DNA of 64,000 nt from Thermoproteota archaeon (GTDB lineage Archaea; Korarchaeota; Korarchaeia; Korarchaeales; Korarchaeaceae), in NCBI GenBank assembly GCA_027492205.1, contig JAOZFN010000011.1:64001-128000 (forward strand). Reading direction: 5' to 3'. Both the position numbers and the translations under genes were made by a program. Below the pieces are notes generated by a model. That model did no database searches, was not told the origin of the DNA, and worked only from the letters and a program-made list of their open reading frames with translations. The first letter of the stretch is position 1; every line of letters starts with the position of its first letter. Shown here in pieces: positions 57,839 through 64,000 of this stretch.

Positions 57839-57956
57839 CACGCGAAACCACGTCGTGCGACTGGCGTCTCCCAACGTAGAACCCAGGGTCCTTCCCCCAG
57901 ATCAAATAAACCGTGAGCATCCGACCCCGGCGGCCGTTCTCGGGCGCGGCCGACTA

Positions 57957-58250
57957 TTAGGGATCCTCTCGTATCTGCCCCGGCCCTAAGAGAATGTCCC
58001 TGAGCATGACGGTGAGCGGGTGGTCGCTGATCCTTATCAGGACGACCCTTCCCACCCTCCTCACGTCCACGAGCCCGAGTTCCCTGAGTCTATCTACATG
58101 CGACTTGGTCGATTCGTAGCTGAGTCCCGACTCCCTGGCAAGGCGGCTCATGTTGACCTGCCCCTTCCTAGCGAGCACCCTGAGTATCCTAATCCTCCCC
58201 CTGCTGCCCAGGGTCTCCTCGATCAGCTCGTCCCAGGTCATATCCTCCAT
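57957..58250 (-). CDS. Winged-helix (ArsR-like) regulator
   Basis: LGSRGRIRIL...NMSRLARESGL...H..RL.ELGLV. Confidence 0.8.
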   Translation of the reverse strand: MEDMTWDELIEETLGSRGRIRILRVLARKGQVNMSRLARESGLSYESTKSHVDRLRELGLVDVRRVGRVVLIRISDHPLTVMLRDILLGPGQIREDP

Positions 58251-58287
58251 GAGCCTCGCCCGCCGCCGGGGAGAGGCTGACGGGCCC

Positions 58288-59571
58288 TCACCCTCCGCCG
58301 GCCCTCTCCCTCCTGATCTCGCTTAGGACCTCCCTGGCCACGTCCTCTCGGATCTTCTTCATCCTCACGAGCCTCTCCACGACCAGGTCGACCTCCTCCC
58401 CGACGGCTCCGACAGCCATGGCCACGTTCCTGGCGTGGAGCTTCATGTGCCCCGCCTGGATGCCCTCCGTGGCGAGGGCCCTCAGGGCCGCGAAGTTCTG
58501 GGCGAGGCCGACGGCGGCCATGACCTCCGCCAGCTCCCTGGCGGTCTTTATCCCGAGGATCTTCAGGGCCAGCCTGGCGACCGGGTGCACCTTCGTCACG
58601 CCGCCGACCACGCCGACCGCCATCGGCATTTCCAGATATCCCTCGAGGTCCCCGTCCTCGTTCTTCCACCAGGTGCTGAGGCTCGTGTACCTGCCGAACC
58701 TTGCGGCGTATGAGTGGGCCCCCGCCTCAATGGCCCTCGTGTCCTGCCCCGTCGCCCTCGCGACCGCTATGACTCCGTTCATGATGCCCTTGTTGTGAGT
58801 GGCCGCCCTGTAGGGGTCGTTGGCGGCGAACTCGTAGGCGTAGACTATGCCGTCCACCACCTCCCTCCCGCCTATGTCCTCGGCCCTGAACACAGCGTGC
58901 GCCCTGGCCAGCCTGCGGTCGGCCAGGTTGGAGATTATCCTCAGCAGGGCCCTCCCCTTGGTGATCCTCTCCAGAAACGGGGCCACGGCCTCGGCCATCG
59001 TGTTAACGGCGTTGGCCCCCATGGCGTCCCTCACGTCCACCAGCAGGTGGACGATGACCATGGGCCCAACGCCCGTCTCGATGATCCTGACCTCCACATC
59101 CCTGGCCCCGCCCCCGAACTTCACGAGAACGGGGTCCTGCTCGTTGGCTATCTCCAGGATCCTGTCCCTCTCCATGAGGATCTGAACCCTCGCCTCCTCT
59201 GGGTTGGGGACGTCGATCAGCTGGATCTGTCCTATCATTATCGACTCGGTGGAGCTGGCCCTGAAGCCCCCGGCGGGCCTGGCCATCTTTGCGGCGTTGC
59301 TTGCCGCCGCCACGACCGACGGCTCCTCGATGGCCATGGGTACGAGGTAGTCTCTCCCGTTGATCAGGAAGTTGGTCGCGACCGCGAAAGGCAGCGGCCA
59401 GGTCCCGATGACGTTCTCGATCATCCTGTCGGCCACGTCCATCGGGAGCGGCCCCTCCTTCCGGAGGAGCTCCACCTCCTCCTGGCTGAGGTCGGCGAAC
59501 TCCCTGACGGTCTCAACCCTCTCATCGATGGGCAGCCTGTAGAAACCCGGAATGCGAGAGGTCTTCGCCAT
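58288..59571 (-). CDS. mvaA: HMG-CoA reductase, class II
   Basis: ENVIG, EEPSVVAA, DAMGAN.VN, THNKG and GHMKLH motifs. Confidence 0.95.
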   Translation of the reverse strand: MAKTSRIPGFYRLPIDERVETVREFADLSQEEVELLRKEGPLPMDVADRMIENVIGTWPLPFAVATNFLINGRDYLVPMAIEEPSVVAAASNAAKMARPAGGFRASSTESIMIGQIQLIDVPNPEEARVQILMERDRILEIANEQDPVLVKFGGGARDVEVRIIETGVGPMVIVHLLVDVRDAMGANAVNTMAEAVAPFLERITKGRALLRIISNLADRRLARAHAVFRAEDIGGREVVDGIVYAYEFAANDPYRAATHNKGIMNGVIAVARATGQDTRAIEAGAHSYAARFGRYTSLSTWWKNEDGDLEGYLEMPMAVGVVGGVTKVHPVARLALKILGIKTARELAEVMAAVGLAQNFAALRALATEGIQAGHMKLHARNVAMAVGAVGEEVDLVVERLVRMKKIREDVAREVLSEIRRERAGGG

Positions 59572-59659
59572 GGTGGGTCGGTTGAGGCGGCCACGCCAAT
59601 CCTAAAAATGCGGTCATCCGGCCGGATCCCGCCCTCCTCTGGGGTGCGAGCAGAGCCCC

Positions 59660-60283
59660 CTACTCTCCTCCCTCACCCCCCTCCGCTCCTCCCTCCTCCT
59701 CAACGCCCGTCCTCTTGAGGATTGCCCTAGCCACGCTCCTGACGATTCTCTTAGACACTGTGGGTATCCCGCCTTCGAGATAGGCCTCCTCGTCCAGGTG
59801 GCTTATCTTCCCGGAGATGATGCCCCCCACGTCTACCCACCACGCCCTGGACCCATTGGGGTCTGGGAAGACGCTAGTGAGGCTCGCCACAACCTTGGCT
59901 TCGGGAGAGAGGGACTCTATGAGCTCCTTCCACGCCCTGGCCTGGCCCCCGCCCTCCCTGGTGCAGATGACGACGTATCTGGAGTACCGGAGGATGTCCA
60001 TCTCCTCTTCGGAGAGCCTCGAGTTCTCCTCCAGCCTCCTCCCCCTGAGGCTCATCACGATGAAGTGAACGTTTCCCTCCCTTGCGGCCGTCCGAAGGGC
60101 CTCCCTGAGCCAGGTCAGCCTTCCCTCCCTGGCGGCATCCTCCAGGTCTATGCCGAGCGTGAGGGTGGCGTACCCACGCGACTTGAGTTCGTTGCTGATC
60201 ATCTTGACCAGCACGCCCTTCCCGGACCGCGGCTCGCCGACGACGAGCACCACCTCAGCATGTCCGGCGCGGCTCGCGCTCAT
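59660..60283 (-). CDS. Hypothetical P-loop protein
   Basis: N-terminal VVGEPRSGKG Walker A-like motif. Confidence 0.55.
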   Translation of the reverse strand: MSASRAGHAEVVLVVGEPRSGKGVLVKMISNELKSRGYATLTLGIDLEDAAREGRLTWLREALRTAAREGNVHFIVMSLRGRRLEENSRLSEEEMDILRYSRYVVICTREGGGQARAWKELIESLSPEAKVVASLTSVFPDPNGSRAWWVDVGGIISGKISHLDEEAYLEGGIPTVSKRIVRSVARAILKRTGVEEEGGAEGGEGGE

Positions 60284-60615
60284 CTAACCGAATCACCACC
60301 CATTGCCTCCGACTGGCGGTCGCGGAAGCGCCCAACCTGCCGGGCCACCTCCACACGCCGTGCGATCCTGGCCCCGGCCATGCGCCCCTCCGGCCAGCAT
60401 TTAAGCAGTTCGAGTTTGCTGACGTCAGGGGCTGACCTCGTAGGACGTCGCACATTCCACTGGAATCTCCGCCAGTTGTAGAGGGGTTATGCACCTCTCG
60501 TTCAGACAGGCCCGATCTTGGCCTGGGACGCAGACTCCGGGGGCGTATCAGGCGCCCTCGCCGGTCGCACCTCGGAGTGGTAAAGAATTTTAGCAGGTCG
60601 CCCCGGCGGTGTCAT

Positions 60616-60855
60616 ATGCCCAAGTTCAAGGTGACCATCGACAGGGACCAGTGCATCAGCGACGGCGTGTGCTGGGCCCTCTGCCCCCAGGTCTTTGAGA
60701 TGAACCCCGACGACGGGAAGTCCCAGATCGTCGAGGAGTACAGGACCGACGACATAGGGACCGGCGTGGTGCCGGAGGACCTCGGCGACTGCGTGAAGCA
60801 GGCCGCCGACGCCTGCCCGGTCCAGATCATACACGTCGAGGAGGTGGAGGGCTGA
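60616..60855 (+). CDS. fdx: Monocluster ferredoxin (CxxDxxC...CP)
   Basis: CISDGVC...ACP; start ATG 60616. Confidence 0.92.
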   Translation: MPKFKVTIDRDQCISDGVCWALCPQVFEMNPDDGKSQIVEEYRTDDIGTGVVPEDLGDCVKQAADACPVQIIHVEEVEG

Positions 60856-60892
60856 GCCCCCGACCGGGGCTCACCCCCTTTCTTGCTTTCTC
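60853..60892. terminator. Hairpin plus pyrimidine tract between the convergent fdx and proC genes
   Basis: TGAGCCCC-CGACC-GGGGCTCA followed by CCCCTTTCTTGCTTTCTC. Confidence 0.55.
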
Positions 60893-60903
60893 ACCAAAAA
60901 AGC

Positions 60904-61716
60904 TCAGGGCTTTGACTGGCCGTTTATCAATCTGCTCAGGGTCTTTGCCCTCTCTGTGGCCGCCTCCACGGCCTTCATCACCGAGGACCTGACCCCGCCC
61001 TCCTCAATGTAGAATATCCCCTCTATCGTCGTGCCCCCCGGGGTCACTACCATCTCCTTGAGCTGGGCCGGGTGGACCCCCTGCTCCAGCACCATCTTGG
61101 CTGCCCCCAGCAGCGTCTGGGCCGCGGACTTCAGGGCGACGTCCCTCGGCAGGCCGACCTTCAGCCCGGCGTACATCAGGGCCTCTATGAAGAGGGCGGC
61201 GTAGGCGGGCCCGCTCCCGCTCAGCCCGGTCACGGCGTCCATCAGCTCCTCGTGGACCTCCTCGCAGGTTCCGAGGCAGCCGAACAGCTCCTTGACGAGC
61301 TTTACGTCCTCGTCCGTGACTCTGGGCCCCCTGCAAAAGGCCGTGAAGGACTCCCTGACCGACACGGCTATGTTGGGCATGGCCCTTATGACCCTGGCCC
61401 CCGGCGCAGCCTTCCCCAGGGTCTCGGTGCTGACGGCCGCTGCCAGGGATATCAGGAGCTTCCCTTCGATCTCCTCAGAAATCTCTGCCGCCACTCCCGC
61501 GGCCTTGTGCGGCTTGACCGCGAGTATGATCACGTCCGCCTCCCTGGCAGCCCGCCTGTTGTCGGATGTGAGTTCCACACCCTTCTCCGCCAGGTGCCTC
61601 GCCCTCTCGATCCTCCTCCTGGTTGCGACAACCCTCCAGCCCGACTCCGCTAGGGCGGCGGCGACGGCTCCCCCTATGGCGCCGGCGCCTATCACCGCAA
61701 CGACCTGCCTGCTCAC
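60904..61716 (-). CDS. proC: Pyrroline-5-carboxylate reductase
   Basis: GAGAIG, LAVKP, RAMPN, SGSGPAY and TPGGTT motifs. Confidence 0.95.
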   Translation of the reverse strand: MSRQVVAVIGAGAIGGAVAAALAESGWRVVATRRRIERARHLAEKGVELTSDNRRAAREADVIILAVKPHKAAGVAAEISEEIEGKLLISLAAAVSTETLGKAAPGARVIRAMPNIAVSVRESFTAFCRGPRVTDEDVKLVKELFGCLGTCEEVHEELMDAVTGLSGSGPAYAALFIEALMYAGLKVGLPRDVALKSAAQTLLGAAKMVLEQGVHPAQLKEMVVTPGGTTIEGIFYIEEGGVRSSVMKAVEAATERAKTLSRLINGQSKP

Positions 61717-62274
61717 AGGGCCTCACACCCCAGCACGCGATATAATAAGTTGTGCCCAGCCTCCTAGAGGTTCGAACTGTCCGCGGCACTTCCACGGGGA
61801 ACTCATCCTGATCTGCAGGCGCCAGATCTGGTCGCAGGCTCTACCCGAGGCCGTCCCCTCTTGACCCCTGCGACCCCGAACTCCCAAACGCTTACCTTGC
61901 CGTACCATCTTTTAACGCGGGGGCATTGCCAGGATCTCCCAAATCTCCTGCGCGCTCTGGCGAGCATGGCAACCCAGACTGCTCTCCTGACTCCCCTAGA
62001 TCCAGATATCATAGCATAGGCGTACCACGGGGCGGGAGTCAGCGCGGCCCACGCCACGGCCCTGCGCGCCCAGGGCTCTAGGATGGGCAGGGCCTTCTCG
62101 AGGCCAGACCCTAACCCCACCGACCCTCCACTAACTCGACTTCATAAAAACGATATCTAGGGATCAATTAGGTGCTGGCGCTGGCGCGATCCCCGGCGAG
62201 CGCGTGTAATTCTTCTTCAGGCAGGCCTCGCGAATTCTCGGGTCCCAGGAGTCCTAAGAAGGTCAAGGGCCTGG

Positions 62275-62625
62275 CTAGCCAACCCTCACGTAGGAGACCC
62301 TCAGCCTCTTCAAGTAGTGACTCGCCTGCCTCCTGGTCACCAGGTGCAGCTCAAAGGGGTGCCTCGGCGGCAGGCCAGCCAGTCTCTCTATGCGGCTCTT
62401 CAGCTCTTCAGCCTCTAGGAAGTCATCTGGAACATTGTTCGACGCCACCAAGACATCTACGTCGCTTGCCGCCGTTAGCCTCCCCTCAACGACGCTCCCG
62501 AAGATGAACACCTCTGCATCCTCGCCCAAGGTCTCCTTGACCGACCTCACGATGAGCGGTATCCACTCTCTCCACTCCTTCAGGATCTCAACCCTCTCTA
62601 GCCTTGCTCTTACACCTCTTCGCAA
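62275..62625 (-). CDS. Minimal nucleotidyltransferase (MNT)
   Basis: FGSVVEG...SDVDVLV. Confidence 0.88.
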   Translation of the reverse strand: MRRGVRARLERVEILKEWREWIPLIVRSVKETLGEDAEVFIFGSVVEGRLTAASDVDVLVASNNVPDDFLEAEELKSRIERLAGLPPRHPFELHLVTRRQASHYLKRLRVSYVRVG

Positions 62626-62995
62626 GGCCTATCACCTCTTCGGCCACCCCGATGAACTTCAGAGCGTGGGACTGTTTGAACCTCCTGACCCCATACCTCG
62701 AGCTGAAGTAGGCGTCCGTCAGGTGATCCAGCCTGTCTCTGAACCTAGCCATGAATTCGGCCACCGGCTCCCCACAGGCCTCCATGAGCCAGTCCTCGAC
62801 GAGCTCAACTAGGTCGTGGGTTCGAGGGTAGGTCCCAACGACCTCCAAGAGCGTCCCCTTCAGGTACAGCTCAGCCGCCTGGTGGGCGCTGAAGACCGCC
62901 AGATCGTACGCACCCACCGAGAGATTGTACTTCGCACTCCTGAGGAAGTCTTCTCCCCGCCTGCATAGGAGTTGAGCCTCGTCCGAGCTGCCCAA
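62588..62995 (-). CDS. HEPN domain protein
   Basis: HQAAELYLK, PRTHDL and Y..SRY motifs; overlaps MNT. Confidence 0.88.
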   Translation of the reverse strand: MGSSDEAQLLCRRGEDFLRSAKYNLSVGAYDLAVFSAHQAAELYLKGTLLEVVGTYPRTHDLVELVEDWLMEACGEPVAEFMARFRDRLDHLTDAYFSSRYGVRRFKQSHALKFIGVAEEVIGLAKRCKSKAREG

Positions 62996-63027
62996 CGCCC
63001 TCCTCTACCCGTTCTTTTGGTGAGGGG

Positions 63028-63320
63028 TTATAAATAAAGGGAGAAGTGGACCGCCGGAGGGGACACGGGGCCGCCCTTAAGAGATGATGATAATGTACCT
63101 CGGCCTCTCAGCCTCTCCCACCTCAGGTAGAGCTGAGCGATCTCGTCAAAGGTCATCCACACGACCCTACCCTCCCTCCCCAGTGGGTCGACGATCTCGT
63201 CAGCCAACGGTCGTAGGACTTGAGGACCCCCTCCACCTCCTCCTCGCTCGCCCCAGTCTGGTACAGGTGGGAGCTGACCCACCAGACGTTCACGAACCTC
63301 TCACGGACACTCCAGCAGCC
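63028..63320 (-). pseudogene. Frameshifted C-terminal fragment of an unknown gene (possibly deacetylase-like)
   Basis: Protein-like segments in two frames (VWWVSSH...VLKSYDRWL and EIVDPL.REGRVVWMTFDEIAQLY); no N-terminus. Confidence 0.3.
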
Positions 63321-63479
63321 TCTCGAGCCTGAAATCCTCAATCTCACACGAACATGCCCCTAGGCGAGCCTTCAGGTCAGGCTCCAACCCTCCCATGGGG
63401 TGGAAAAGTAGAGGAGGGGTGAGGGGGACCCGGATCGCCGGTGGCCTTGAACTCGACATTTCTCATCGGGCGCAGAGAT

Positions 63480-64000
63480 CTACTCGCTCAGACTCACTCC
63501 GGCCCTCTCTAACCCCTCAATCACATAGTCGAGGCCGAAGTCCCTCAGTGTTGACTTTCTGGGTATCCCGCGCTCGTCCCAACCCCTGATCTCGTAGTAG
63601 TAGCTGAGGAGCCGGTCGTAGATCCCCCTGTCGAGCTTCTGCCCCGCGTACGGCCCCACGGTAAGGGGGTGCTCGAACCACCTGTCGGGCGGGTAGTCCA
63701 TACTCCTGTCCCAGCTCGGGTTCTCCCTAACCCAGAGGCCCCTGACCAGGTTGTAGATCCTGTCCGCGATCCTCTTCAGGTCGTCCCACTTGAACTCAAG
63801 CCCGGTGGCCGCGTGGAGGTACTTCTCGTACCACTCCAGGTCGAAGCCCAGCTCGATCCAGGGCAGCCTGCAGGTCACGGCCGCCTCGAAGAAACCTCCC
63901 CTTATCCTCTGCATCTCTATGAGGCTCTCCACCTTCTCCCTGCTGACCACCTCCCTGCCCATCTTCAGCTCCCAGGCGATGAACCAGGCGTCCTTGTGGT
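63480..64000 (-). CDS. Aldehyde:ferredoxin oxidoreductase family, C-terminal part (runs off the window)
   Basis: CRLPW, ADRIYNL.R, D.PP.RWF and YYEIRGWDERGIP motifs. Confidence 0.92.
   Translation of the reverse strand, partial: HKDAWFIAWELKMGREVVSREKVESLIEMQRIRGGFFEAAVTCRLPWIELGFDLEWYEKYLHAATGLEFKWDDLKRIADRIYNLVRGLWVRENPSWDRSMDYPPDRWFEHPLTVGPYAGQKLDRGIYDRLLSYYYEIRGWDERGIPRKSTLRDFGLDYVIEGLERAGVSLSE

Noticed and set aside
61803-62120. 105-aa ORF as a real gene
   Set aside because: It has no recognisable motif and may be a fragment; support is insufficient.
1-64000. CRISPR array, rRNA, tRNA or intact IS/transposase
   Set aside because: No regularly spaced repeats, conserved rRNA/tRNA blocks or transposase motifs were found by eye.

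Overview
This is a GC-rich (roughly 65% by eye) archaeal chromosomal segment, probably from a thermophilic TACK-type lineage; Korarchaeia is plausible but cannot be proven from this window. Archaeal markers include TTTAWA TATA boxes about 25 nt before starts, isopentenyl phosphate kinase, a CydAA'-type oxidase, an ApTPx-type peroxiredoxin, AOR and an Asp-ligated ferredoxin. Main content: an O2-defence cluster (fprA, cydAA', prx), a thiamine ABC transporter under a clear TPP riboswitch with an SD-sequestering hairpin, a DUF835/Roadblock/V4R/MoxR block, nucleoside salvage genes near a secreted S1/P1 nuclease, mevalonate-pathway genes and many toxin-antitoxin pairs. Two decaying accessory zones (about 9.8-20.3 kb and 34.1-36.1 kb) hold pseudogenes, an AT-rich foreign gene and an integrase relic. 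The best candidates for undescribed systems are (i) an operon of two paralogous membrane proteins with a split PH-like domain plus a Cys-containing HTH regulator, and (ii) a neighbouring SatD (cyclase-like + HTH)/membrane-protein pair; their palindromic operators and HTH helices are related. No rRNA, tRNA or CRISPR array was seen. All family calls come from motif recognition by eye, with no database searches.
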